From Bacteroidaceae bacterium (GTDB lineage Bacteria; Bacteroidota; Bacteroidia; Bacteroidales; Bacteroidaceae): 64,000 bases of DNA. The stretch spans positions 253 through 64,252 of the forward strand of contig JAGABW010000011.1 in NCBI GenBank assembly GCA_017614465.1, written 5' to 3'. Shown one piece after another: positions 25,539 to 35,284 of the stretch. A model generated the notes under the pieces. The model saw only the letters and a list, made by a program, of their open reading frames with translations. It made no database searches and was not told where the DNA came from. Each line of letters starts with the position of its first letter. Position 1 is the first letter of the stretch. The position numbers were made by a program, and so were the translations under genes.

Positions 25539-26648
25539 TTAAGAATTAGGGAATTCCATAAGATAAGCCTTTATAAAGCCATCGATCTTACCATCCATAA
25601 CACCGGTAACATCTGAAGTCTGGTAGTTGGTTCTGTGGTCTTTCACACGACGGTCATCAAACACATAACTGCGTATCTGGCTTCCCCATTCAATCTTTTT
25701 CTTTCCAGCCTCGATTTTCTGTTGTTCCGCCATACGTTTCTGAAGAGCACGGTTATACAACTGTGAACGCAACAGACGCATTGCATTCTCACGGTTCTCC
25801 AACTGTTTTCGGCTTTCTGTATTTTCAATCAGGATTTCCTCTTCTTCACCTGTATCAGGATCTACATACTGATAACGCAGACGAACACCTGTCTCCACCT
25901 TATTTACGTTCTGACCACCTGCACCTCCTGAACGGAACAAGTCCCATGATATCTTACTCTTATCAATCACCACTTCAATACTATCATCGACAAGAGGTGA
26001 CACAAACACACTGGCAAACGAAGTCATACGTTTTCCCTGAGCATTATATGGTGAGACGCGCACAAGACGATGCACTCCGTTTTCGCTTTTCAAGTATCCA
26101 AACGCAGAGTCGCCTTCTATCTCCATGGTAACAGTCTTTATTCCGGCTTCATCACCATCCTGATAGTTGCTTATCGTAACTTTATATTTATGAGCCTCAG
26201 CCCATCTCTGATACATTCTCATCAACATAGAAGCCCAGTCCTGACTTTCTGTACCACCAGCGCCCGAATTGATTTTCAGAACGCAGTCCATACCGTCGGC
26301 CTCATTACGCAACATGTTACGCAACTCAAGGTCCTCAGCCATCTCCACTGCATGCTGGTATGCTTCATCCACTTCGGCTTCAGTAACCATCTCTTCTTTG
26401 TAGAAATCAAAAGCCAGTTCCACTTCATCTGTAGCTCGTTTCACATCAGTGTAACCATTTATCCATTTCTGAAGGTCTTTTACCTTCTTCATCTGAAGTT
26501 CGGCTTCTTTCTGATTATCCCAAAAACCAGGAGCCTGAGTACGAAGTTCTTCTTCTTCCAGTTCTACTTTCTTTTCATCTATAGCAAGATAGCGGTCTAA
26601 AGCTTCTACACGTTCTTTTAAATCTTTGAGTTGTTCTATTGTTATCAT
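25539..26648 (-). CDS. prfB: peptide chain release factor 2 (single ORF, no frameshift site)
   Basis: GGQ motif (SGGAGGQNVNKVETGVRL), an RF2-type N-terminus, and SPY where SPF is expected. ATG at 26648 (MITIEQLK). Confidence 0.9.
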   Translation of the reverse strand: MITIEQLKDLKERVEALDRYLAIDEKKVELEEEELRTQAPGFWDNQKEAELQMKKVKDLQKWINGYTDVKRATDEVELAFDFYKEEMVTEAEVDEAYQHAVEMAEDLELRNMLRNEADGMDCVLKINSGAGGTESQDWASMLMRMYQRWAEAHKYKVTISNYQDGDEAGIKTVTMEIEGDSAFGYLKSENGVHRLVRVSPYNAQGKRMTSFASVFVSPLVDDSIEVVIDKSKISWDLFRSGGAGGQNVNKVETGVRLRYQYVDPDTGEEEEILIENTESRKQLENRENAMRLLRSQLYNRALQKRMAEQQKIEAGKKKIEWGSQIRSYVFDDRRVKDHRTNYQTSDVTGVMDGKIDGFIKAYLMEFPNS

Positions 26649-26666
26649 GACGTTTATATTTGGATG

Positions 26667-26674
26667 CAAAGATA
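26667..26674 (-). promoter_or_regulatory. -7 box TATCTTTG upstream of prfB
   Basis: TAnnTTTG match 19 nt upstream of the ATG. Confidence 0.5.
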
Positions 26675-26748
26675 ATCAATAAATCTTAATAATTTATCAA
26701 TCACCTTAGATTTAGCCTTTGTTTTCATTATTATTTTCTATCTTTGCA

Positions 26749-26756
26749 CATAAAAT
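26749..26756 (+). promoter_or_regulatory. -7 box TATCTTTG upstream of the thioesterase/dprA unit
   Basis: TAnnTTTG match 49 nt upstream of 26805. Confidence 0.5.
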
Positions 26757-26804
26757 GACATCTTCGGCTAAAAGCAAAGAATCAAAATAACAGAACACAT
26801 ACAT

Positions 26805-27191
26805 ATGGAATACATTCATGAACTTACGATGAAAGTCCGCGATTACGAATGCGACATTCAAGGAATAGTAAATAACGCCAATTATCAGCATTATCTGGAA
26901 CATGCACGCCATGAGTATCTTCAACAGCGTGGTGTCAGTTTCGCTAAGTTGCATGAAGACGGCATTGACGCCGTGGTTTCCAAGATTACAATGCGCTTCA
27001 AGATTCCATTGAGAAGTAACGACACCTTTATCGTGAAAACTGCCATCAAGCGCGAAGGTATCAGATATGTTTTCTATCAGGACATTTTCCGCTGCTCAGA
27101 CATGAAACTATCGCTAAAGGCCGAAGTGGACATCGCCTGTATCGTAAATGGGAAATTAACCGACGGCGAAATACTTAAATCATTGTTATGA
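26805..27191 (+). CDS. acyl-CoA thioesterase, 4HBT/YbgC family
   Basis: VRDYECDIQGIVNNANYQHYLEHARHEYL hotdog-fold signature. Confidence 0.8.
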   Translation: MEYIHELTMKVRDYECDIQGIVNNANYQHYLEHARHEYLQQRGVSFAKLHEDGIDAVVSKITMRFKIPLRSNDTFIVKTAIKREGIRYVFYQDIFRCSDMKLSLKAEVDIACIVNGKLTDGEILKSLL

Positions 27192-28315
27192 CAAACGAAC
27201 AGGAACTAATATATACCATAGCACTTAGCAGACTACCCAAGATAAGTCTTGCCAACTGCAGAATTCTTTACGACCAAGCTGATTCCGTCACCGAGATATG
27301 GAATCACAGAAACAACATCAAGGAGATACTCCCAGATGCTTCGGAACGCTTGATAAATGCTCTTCAAAACATGGACGAGTGTGTAAAACGTGCCGAGAAG
27401 GAAATGGAATTCATCTCTAATAACAATATCAAAACGATGTGTATTGGCGATGCTGATTATCCGTCACGACTAATCGAATGCGATGATGCTCCACTTGTGC
27501 TGTTTCAGTGTGGTAATGCCGACCTCAACGTAAAACATGTCATCAATGTGGTTGGTACAAGAAAATGTACGCAATATGGTAAAGAAATATGCCAAAGCCT
27601 TATCTCCGGACTCAAACAGAAGTGTCCCGACATTCTTGTCGTTAGCGGTTTGGCATACGGAATAGATATCCATGCTCACAGAGCCGCATTAAAAAACGGT
27701 ATGACAACCGTTGGAGTACTCGCCCACGGACTCGACAGAATCTATCCCGCTGTTCACAGAAAAACAGCTGCTGAAATGGTAAATAACGGCGGATTGCTCA
27801 CCGAATATCTAAGCGAAACAAATCCTGACAGAATTAATTTCATACGACGCAACAGAATCGTAGCTGGAATATCCGATGCTACCATTGTTGTGGAAAGCGC
27901 AAACAAAGGCGGATCTCTTATCACAGCTGAGTTGGCTGCCGACTACAACAGGGATGTGTTTGCATATCCAGGTAGAGCCTTCGACGAATACAGTGCAGGC
28001 TGCAACCGTTTGATAAGCGAACAGAAAGCATCCCTCATTCAGTCCGAGGATGATTTACTCAGACTTATGGGATGGGAAGACATACAACAAAATGACAAGC
28101 CTAAGGCAACACAGCAAGAGCTATTCATAAACCTCAACGACGAACAACAACGCATCGTCACAGCCCTAAAAGACTCTGACGGCAAACAGATAAACCAAAT
28201 CATCGTTGAAACCGGACTCAACTACATGCAAGTAAGTAGCCAACTTTACGAATTGGAATGTATGGGAGTCATCGCCTTGCTTGGTGGAGCAAGATATAAG
28301 GTAATCAGACAATAA
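27188..28315 (+). CDS. dprA: DNA-processing protein DprA
   Basis: VVSGLAYGIDIHAHRAAL...GSLITA; 4-nt overlap with the upstream gene. Confidence 0.9.
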   Translation: MTNEQELIYTIALSRLPKISLANCRILYDQADSVTEIWNHRNNIKEILPDASERLINALQNMDECVKRAEKEMEFISNNNIKTMCIGDADYPSRLIECDDAPLVLFQCGNADLNVKHVINVVGTRKCTQYGKEICQSLISGLKQKCPDILVVSGLAYGIDIHAHRAALKNGMTTVGVLAHGLDRIYPAVHRKTAAEMVNNGGLLTEYLSETNPDRINFIRRNRIVAGISDATIVVESANKGGSLITAELAADYNRDVFAYPGRAFDEYSAGCNRLISEQKASLIQSEDDLLRLMGWEDIQQNDKPKATQQELFINLNDEQQRIVTALKDSDGKQINQIIVETGLNYMQVSSQLYELECMGVIALLGGARYKVIRQ

Positions 28316-28324
28316 CATCATTTG

Positions 28325-28353
28325 TTCGGGATGCCTTCGGGATTCGTTCGGGA
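28325..28353. repeat. three direct TTCGGGA heptamers with exact 11-bp phasing
   Basis: TTCGGGA at 28325, 28336 and 28347, in the dprA / radical SAM intergenic region. Confidence 0.9.
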
Positions 28354-28419
28354 CGACAAAACAAAGTAATAAGATAAAAACATACTAATAACAAGAGTTT
28401 TAAATATCAATATATCATT

Positions 28420-29196
28420 ATGACGATTTTATTTCCTGCACCAATATTCGGACCAGTACATAGCCGCCGATTAGGAACTTCATTAGGTATCAACCTTCTG
28501 CCAGCCGATGGTAAAGTTTGTTCTTTTGATTGTGTGTATTGCGAATGTGGACTTAAAAAAGACTTTGTTCCTCATCAGAAATTCCCTACTCGGACTGAGG
28601 TTCGTGAGGCTCTGCATGCCCAATTATCAAAGATGAAGGATGAAAACATGGCTCCTGATGTGATTACCTTTGCTGGTAATGGAGAACCGACAATACACCC
28701 CGACTTTGCAGGAATTATCGACGACACAATCAGTCTGCGCGACGAATTCTTCCCTAATGCCAAAGTAAGTGTATTAAGCAACGCTGCACATATCTCCGAC
28801 GAAAGTGTGTTTCAGGCACTTATGAAGGTTGACAATAACATACTTAAACTCGACACCATATCACCTGAATACATCCGTTTCATCGACCGTCCAGTCAACA
28901 AGTCATACGATGTAAATAAGGTTATCGAGGATATGAAACGATTCAACGGCAAATGTATCATCCAAACCATGTTCATTGCAGGAACATACGAAGGTAAATC
29001 CGTTGACAACACCGGCGACGAATATGTAAACCCTTGGCTTGAAGCTGTTAAGGAGATTAAGCCTTCTGAAGTAATGATTTACACTATCGAGCGTGAAACT
29101 CCTGTGAACACATTGTTCAAAGCCTCAAAAGAATCACTCGACTCTATTGCACGAAAAGTCGAAGAATGCGGTTTCCCTTGCCAAGTCTCATATTAA
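28420..29196 (+). CDS. radical SAM protein, function unknown
   Basis: CX3CX2C cluster motif (CSFDCVYC). Confidence 0.8.
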   Translation: MTILFPAPIFGPVHSRRLGTSLGINLLPADGKVCSFDCVYCECGLKKDFVPHQKFPTRTEVREALHAQLSKMKDENMAPDVITFAGNGEPTIHPDFAGIIDDTISLRDEFFPNAKVSVLSNAAHISDESVFQALMKVDNNILKLDTISPEYIRFIDRPVNKSYDVNKVIEDMKRFNGKCIIQTMFIAGTYEGKSVDNTGDEYVNPWLEAVKEIKPSEVMIYTIERETPVNTLFKASKESLDSIARKVEECGFPCQVSY

Positions 29197-29482
29197 AAAT
29201 CAGTATTTGATTATTAAATAAACTATAGGATTTATCTGATTCAAATTCAGTAATGCTGAAATAATAAAATTGGGACGATTTAGCTTATTCCAGCATTACT
29301 GATTTAAAGCGTTTTTTTAGTCTGAATACCACAGAATACCATGAAAAGGTGAGTTTCGGAGATGATTCCACCATCTGCCAACATGAAAAGCACATAAAAT
29401 ACACATTTCTAAGTATTGCCCCAGAAAACAACTTCTCATAACTTTGCAGCTGATTTTTTTTAGGTAAAATTATTAGCACACA

Positions 29483-31597
29483 ATGAGATTTTTTTTATTT
29501 ATTTTAATGCTGGCATTAACAACAAACATGTCGGCACAAAAGGACGTTGACACATCTTGCGTCTATAATATGGATTTAAAAGGTGTAACAATCGTAGCCT
29601 CTAATGAAGTACGCAAGATGCGCGAAGCAGCAATGCCTATTTCTATATTGGGAACACGACAACTGGAGGGAACTACAACAAGTATTAACGACGCTCTTGC
29701 ACGTACCACAGGAATTACCGTGAGAAATACGGGCGGTGTGGGAAGCGCATCACGAATATCTGTACGCGGACTTGAAGGAAAGCGAATGGGTATATATGTA
29801 GATGAGGCAGCCATTGGTCAACTAAGCGACTACATGTCGTTGAATGATATTCCGACAGATATGATCGAACGTATCGAGATATATAAAGGTATCGTACCTT
29901 ACAGATTCGGCGGTTCGGCATTAGGTGGTGCTGTGAATGTTGTTACAAAAGAATATCCGCCTGTCTACATGGATGCCAGTTACGAGATTGCATCATTCAA
30001 CACACACAAACTTAATTTTGCATTTAAGCGTACAAATGCAGCAACAGGCTTGCAGTTCGGACTCGGCGGATGTCTTACTTATTCCGACAACAACTACAAG
30101 ATGCACCTTCAGAATCTTGACAACCGTGTGGTGGAACGTAACCACGACAAATTTAAGAAGATGATGGTGGGAGGTTCCCTAAAAGCGACAAAATGGTATT
30201 TCGACGAAGCCAAACTTGAATTCATCTTAACTGGCACAAAAGCGGAAATTCAGGGCATCGACAGCGATATACGTGAGGCATACAATCACGGCATGGCGGG
30301 AATTGCCGCATTAACTCTAAAACGTGACAATTTCCTGTTTGACGGTCTCGACCTTGATTTCGACGGTTGTTACAGTTATGGCAAAAACGGACTTTGCGAC
30401 AAGGCAATGAGCCGTTACGATTGGGACGGCAACAAATATCCTGCTGTATCGACTTACGGAGGAGAACAAGGAAACTACGCATCCGACTCAGACAACCGCA
30501 CTCACGATTTTGCCGGCAAACTGAACATGAATTATTTATTAAATGAACATAACGCATTTAATATAAATATTTACGCTACCCACACCAGACAGAATCCTGA
30601 AAACGAACTTATGGACAAGAGTTTTGGTTATAAGACCAATTTCCCAAGCAAAATGAGTAGTTTTACAGTAGGCTTCTCATATGACCTCACCTTGTTCAAA
30701 GGGAAATTCATGAGCGCAACCACCATCAAGAACTTCAATTATAATTCTGACACTAAGATACTTGAATATGCTTATATCAACAATCCAATAGATGTAAGTC
30801 TGAGCCGCAACCACTGGGGAGCAAGCGAAGCAATGCGCTACAAGATAACCAAACACCTGATGGCAAAAGCTGCATTCAGTTCCGAGGTTCGCATCCCAAC
30901 AGCTGAAGAACTCACTGGTAACGGCTATTCTATTCTTCCTGCCACCAACCTTGAACCAGAACGCTGCAAGGGACTGAACATAGGATTACTCTATCATCGT
31001 GCCAATAAATTCGGTTTCGTGGAAATCGAAGCGAACGGATTCTTTAATCAACTTGACAACATGATACGTTATCAGGCCGACATGATTCCATCTATGGCTC
31101 GTTATGCCAATTTCGGCAAAGTAATCACCAAAGGCATTGAATGTGAGATTAAGGGCGACGTGGCTTCTTTCCTGTATTTATATGCAAATGCAACATATCA
31201 GGATTTAAGAGATAAGAGAAAGCATGAAGTTGGTTCTTCTGCTGCAAATCCGACTTATAACAAAAGAATGCCAAATATTCCCTACTTGCTTGCTAATTTC
31301 GGAATAGAACTTCATAAAGAGAATATTTTCGGTGGAAGAGCACAAAACAGCCGTCTGCTTATCGATGGTTCGTATATTCACGAGTATTTCTATGACTTCG
31401 AGATGAGCAAATACCAAGACCGTAAAATTCCGACTTCGCTAACATTTGATGCTGGAATAGAACATAGTTTTCAAAACAACAAATGGACACTGTCATTCAA
31501 ACTGAAAAATCTGACCGACAGAGTCGTTTATTCCGACTTGAACCGTCCGCTTCCAGGTAGAAATCTTGCGTTCAAGGTTAAATACATAATGAAATAA
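29483..31597 (+). CDS. TonB-dependent receptor
   Basis: Signal peptide, plug domain (RVEIYKG-like IERIEIYKGIVPYRFGG) and a long beta-barrel; 704 aa. Confidence 0.9.
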   Translation: MRFFLFILMLALTTNMSAQKDVDTSCVYNMDLKGVTIVASNEVRKMREAAMPISILGTRQLEGTTTSINDALARTTGITVRNTGGVGSASRISVRGLEGKRMGIYVDEAAIGQLSDYMSLNDIPTDMIERIEIYKGIVPYRFGGSALGGAVNVVTKEYPPVYMDASYEIASFNTHKLNFAFKRTNAATGLQFGLGGCLTYSDNNYKMHLQNLDNRVVERNHDKFKKMMVGGSLKATKWYFDEAKLEFILTGTKAEIQGIDSDIREAYNHGMAGIAALTLKRDNFLFDGLDLDFDGCYSYGKNGLCDKAMSRYDWDGNKYPAVSTYGGEQGNYASDSDNRTHDFAGKLNMNYLLNEHNAFNINIYATHTRQNPENELMDKSFGYKTNFPSKMSSFTVGFSYDLTLFKGKFMSATTIKNFNYNSDTKILEYAYINNPIDVSLSRNHWGASEAMRYKITKHLMAKAAFSSEVRIPTAEELTGNGYSILPATNLEPERCKGLNIGLLYHRANKFGFVEIEANGFFNQLDNMIRYQADMIPSMARYANFGKVITKGIECEIKGDVASFLYLYANATYQDLRDKRKHEVGSSAANPTYNKRMPNIPYLLANFGIELHKENIFGGRAQNSRLLIDGSYIHEYFYDFEMSKYQDRKIPTSLTFDAGIEHSFQNNKWTLSFKLKNLTDRVVYSDLNRPLPGRNLAFKVKYIMK

Positions 31598-31618
31598 CCC
31601 ACTAATAATTAATAGAAT

Positions 31619-32839
31619 ATGAATATCAGACATTTGTTTTTAATGTCAGCATTGGCAATTACTTTTATTGCCTGCGACAAAGATGATGATGTTAATAACA
31701 CATCAACAGAAGGAAAAATCTTGTTTTCAACCACCGTAACCAATCCGTCTGGCGACAACGGAAGCGGTTATCTACAGGCTGTAGGCTCATTAGACGGTGG
31801 AGTCAACTATGACAATCACAATGCCATACCACTTGGATTCGGTTCATATCCATGCGTATGCAAGAGTGGAAACATATATGTCTTCCCAGACTACATGGGA
31901 GGAACAGAGTTAAAGCTCAAACGCTATATCCTTAACGACAACAACCAGTTGGAACTCAAAGGTGCAATGACACTTCCAGCCAATTCAAGTGCGGCAATCG
32001 TTGTAGAGGCAAATGCAGAAAAAGCATATGTTTGTTGTCAGAGTCTGGACATGATTATTGTCTTCAACCCTAAGACCATGACTGAAATCTCGCGAATAGA
32101 TGTATCTGGTTTACGCAATGAAGGTGTTTCGGCTTATCCTGGAGCACTTTATATCCGCGACGGGATTCTATATGTTGCCTTGGAACAGTACAACTCACAA
32201 TGGATGCCAAGCGAGAATGCTCTGGAAATGGCACTTTACAATGTTTCCGACGACAAGTTCATCAAAAAGATCCGCAATACATCACTCGGTCTTTGCGGTC
32301 CATCACGCCCAGTTGACAACCAATCGATTTTCGAGGACGAAAACGGAGATATCTACATAAACTGTACTGGTTCGTTTGGCTATATTCCAGGACTCAACTC
32401 TGGTATTGCACGCATTAAAAAGGGTGAGACTGAGTTCGACGAATCATACAGCATAAATTTCTCTGAGACAAAAGTTGACGGTCTGAGCTGCGATTATGTA
32501 AATGTGTTGCTTATGTGCCGATATGTAGGCAACGGAAAGCTATATGCTTATGGTTATGCATATGCCCTCGATCCCGACAACACAAACTCTTACCTCGCAC
32601 GAATCGGAGTTCCTATGATTGTTGACCTTTACAACAAGAACGTGAAGGTGATTGAAGGACTTCCGCTCTCAAACGGACATGGAGTTGCTATGGGACGTCA
32701 TGGAAACAAGATGGTTTATGGTTCTGCAAACGATGAATACAATGGTTTCTCCACTGTTGACATTACCACAGGAGAGATAGAGACTAAGGTTGCAACCGTA
32801 GTAGGCTATCCTTCGTTCTTCTATAGTTTTGAACAATAG
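31619..32839 (+). CDS. cell-surface lipoprotein partner of the TonB-dependent receptor (possibly DUF4374-like)
   Basis: Lipobox FIACDKDDD, 21 nt downstream of the receptor gene. The family assignment is from memory only. Confidence 0.6.
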   Translation: MNIRHLFLMSALAITFIACDKDDDVNNTSTEGKILFSTTVTNPSGDNGSGYLQAVGSLDGGVNYDNHNAIPLGFGSYPCVCKSGNIYVFPDYMGGTELKLKRYILNDNNQLELKGAMTLPANSSAAIVVEANAEKAYVCCQSLDMIIVFNPKTMTEISRIDVSGLRNEGVSAYPGALYIRDGILYVALEQYNSQWMPSENALEMALYNVSDDKFIKKIRNTSLGLCGPSRPVDNQSIFEDENGDIYINCTGSFGYIPGLNSGIARIKKGETEFDESYSINFSETKVDGLSCDYVNVLLMCRYVGNGKLYAYGYAYALDPDNTNSYLARIGVPMIVDLYNKNVKVIEGLPLSNGHGVAMGRHGNKMVYGSANDEYNGFSTVDITTGEIETKVATVVGYPSFFYSFEQ

Positions 32840-32866
32840 TTGGTTTTTCAGAATAATCTTTTTGAT

Positions 32867-32898
32867 GGTGTGTCAGTTGATTCTGGCACACCTTTTTT
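32867..32898 (+). terminator. intrinsic terminator
   Basis: GGTGTGTCAG-ttgatt-CTGGCACACC followed by TTTTTT. Confidence 0.8.
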
Positions 32899-33085
32899 CA
32901 GTCATAAACAGAAAAGTCTGATACCATTTTCACCGAATGTAATTCATATCACAAAAAAGGGGATAGTCCGTTCATTACGAAGCAGTCAGGTCGTTACAGA
33001 GTAAAAAAAAGCGTACAACAACACGAAGTTGATGATTAGCCCAATAAAGCATGACAACTCATTTTGAAATTAATGAATAAATTCG

Positions 33086-33093
33086 TATCTTTG
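33086..33093 (+). promoter_or_regulatory. -7 box TATCTTTG upstream of the DPP IV gene
   Basis: TAnnTTTG match 26 nt upstream of the ATG. Confidence 0.5.
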
Positions 33094-33118
33094 CAATCTG
33101 TATGATTATTCATTAATA

Positions 33119-35260
33119 ATGAAACAACTTATCTGTTTGGCTACAGTTTTTGCGTTAGCCATAAATTACATCATGGCACAAGAGAAACAAGCTTTTACAT
33201 TAGACGATCTGGTTCCCGGGGGCAAGTCTTTTTATGCCAACCAACCTAAAACCGCATTTTATGAATGGTGGGGTGAAACACCTGTTAAGCTTGACACTGA
33301 TTCTGCCCAAGACTTGTTTTCTCTTGCAGACATAAATCGCATAATATCCGAATCGGGATATAGCGATATTCGTGTCACAAGTCTTTTGTATGCCACTTTT
33401 CCTTATGCAGACAAACCTGTAGCCGTAATCAATGCCTCAAATAAGGTGTTTTATATCAACTGGGAGACAAAATCTGTTGAAAATTGCATAGAGTTTAATA
33501 CAAATGCTGACAACAAGGATTTATCTTCTAAATCAAGATTATTAGCATTTACTGACAACTATAATCTGTTCGTTGCCTCAGACAATAAGATTACACAAAT
33601 CAGCAACGACGGTTCCAACGACATAAGATACGGCGAAAGCGTACACCGCAATGAATTCGGTATCGAAAAAGGCACGTTCTGGAGTCCTTCGGGCGAGTTA
33701 TTGGCTTTTTACAGGATGGATCAGACAATGGTCAGCACATATCCTCAAGTGAATATCAGTCCGAGCAACAATAATTCCCGCTGTGCCACACTTGTTCCCG
33801 ACAAGTATCCAATGGCTGGCGAGACAAGTCACAAGGTTTCGATTGGGATATATGACACAAGAAGACAAACTACTGTTTATCTTAAGACTGAAGACACACC
33901 CGACATATATCTCACAAACATACAATGGAGCCCAGACAACAAACAGATATATGTAATTGAGGTCAACAGAGACCAGAATCATGCAAAACTCGTTTGTTAC
34001 GATGCAAGCAACGGAGAGAAAATTTCTACTCTGTTCGAAGAAACAAACCCGAAATACGTTGAACCAATGGAACCGATACATTTTCTGCCTTGGGACAGTT
34101 CCAAATTCATATATCTAAGCAGAAAAGACGGTTACAATCATCTTTATCTCTACGACACAAAAGGTAAAGAGATTAAGCAACTCACACGAGGAAAGTTCGA
34201 AGTCATCGAATTTCTTGGATTCAACAAAGAAGCCAAATCAGTCATATTCACAAGCAACCAAGCGAACCTTCTGCAAAAAAACACATACAAGGTTGACTTA
34301 AAGGGCACACGCACGTTGCTCGACAACGGGAAAGGTTGGCATAATGCCATTTTATCCGAATCGGGCGCATCGTTTATCGACCGATATTCATCACCTGAGA
34401 TTGCAGGCAACATCGACTTGCGTTCCACAGACAAGGCTAATGACTATAAAAATCTGAATACAGCAAGTGAACCATGGGACAAATTCAACACTCCTAAAAT
34501 TGAGGTTGGAACAATCAAGGCTGCAGACGGCAAAACCGATTTGTTCTATCGCATGGTATATCCTACTGATTTTGATTCCACAAAAACCTATCCAGCCATA
34601 CTTTATGTTTACGGCGGTCCACATATCCACCTGATAGACGCCAGCCGACATTGGGGTGTAAACGGATGGAGCATATGGATGGCACAACAAGGATATGTGG
34701 TATTTACAATTGACAGCAGAGGTAGCGAACACAGAGGATTGGACTTTGAACAGGTCACATTCCAAAGATTGGGAGAAGAAGAGATGAAAGACCAAATCAA
34801 AGGTGTTGACTTTCTAAAATCAAAGCCATTTGTCAACAAAGAACAGATTGGTGTTCACGGATGGAGTTTCGGAGGATTCATGACTATCAACCTGATGACC
34901 ACCTACCCCGACATTTTCAAGGTGGGAGTGTCTGGAGGTCCTGTAATAGATTGGAAATACTACGAGGTAATGTACGGAGAACGCTACATGGATACTCCAC
35001 AGACAAATGCTCAAGGATATCATGACACATCGCTTATCAACAAGGCAGCCAATCTCAAAGGCAAACTATTGATAATCTACGGTGGGAACGACAATATATG
35101 TGTGCCTCAACATACATTATCATTCATTGAGGCATGTATTGAAGCAAACAAATATCCCGACATGTTCACATACCCTAGTGCAGGGCATAATATGAGAGGT
35201 AACGAACGTATTCATCTATACAACAAAATAACACAGTATTTCAACGATTATCTTAAATAA
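33119..35260 (+). CDS. dipeptidyl peptidase IV (S9B family serine peptidase)
   Basis: N-terminal propeller region and a C-terminal catalytic GWSFGG nucleophile elbow; 713 aa. Confidence 0.9.
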   Translation: MKQLICLATVFALAINYIMAQEKQAFTLDDLVPGGKSFYANQPKTAFYEWWGETPVKLDTDSAQDLFSLADINRIISESGYSDIRVTSLLYATFPYADKPVAVINASNKVFYINWETKSVENCIEFNTNADNKDLSSKSRLLAFTDNYNLFVASDNKITQISNDGSNDIRYGESVHRNEFGIEKGTFWSPSGELLAFYRMDQTMVSTYPQVNISPSNNNSRCATLVPDKYPMAGETSHKVSIGIYDTRRQTTVYLKTEDTPDIYLTNIQWSPDNKQIYVIEVNRDQNHAKLVCYDASNGEKISTLFEETNPKYVEPMEPIHFLPWDSSKFIYLSRKDGYNHLYLYDTKGKEIKQLTRGKFEVIEFLGFNKEAKSVIFTSNQANLLQKNTYKVDLKGTRTLLDNGKGWHNAILSESGASFIDRYSSPEIAGNIDLRSTDKANDYKNLNTASEPWDKFNTPKIEVGTIKAADGKTDLFYRMVYPTDFDSTKTYPAILYVYGGPHIHLIDASRHWGVNGWSIWMAQQGYVVFTIDSRGSEHRGLDFEQVTFQRLGEEEMKDQIKGVDFLKSKPFVNKEQIGVHGWSFGGFMTINLMTTYPDIFKVGVSGGPVIDWKYYEVMYGERYMDTPQTNAQGYHDTSLINKAANLKGKLLIIYGGNDNICVPQHTLSFIEACIEANKYPDMFTYPSAGHNMRGNERIHLYNKITQYFNDYLK

Positions 35261-35284
35261 AAAACAATAAAAACAAAAATATAT

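Noticed and set aside
26070-26600. 176-aa + strand ORF
   Set aside because: Entirely antisense to the well-supported prfB gene and has a low-complexity, Phe/Ser/His-rich translation. The same reasoning applies to 25763..26131.
26560-26600. Programmed +1 frameshift site in prfB
   Set aside because: I looked for CTT TGA C after the LxxYL segment. The frame is continuous (CTT GCT ATA), so no recoding feature is annotated.
29285-29479. 64-aa minus-strand ORF between the radical SAM and receptor genes
   Set aside because: It lies in the intergenic region across the receptor promoter, with no motif and no plausible promoter of its own.
29302-29482. Riboswitch (cobalamin, TPP or similar) upstream of the TonB-dependent receptor, and likewise upstream of the ABC ATPase (46281..46474)
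   Set aside because: The -7 box at about 29438 leaves only a short leader. No B12-box-like GCCACTG or other recognisable riboswitch core was seen in either region by eye. A covariance-model scan would be needed to be certain.
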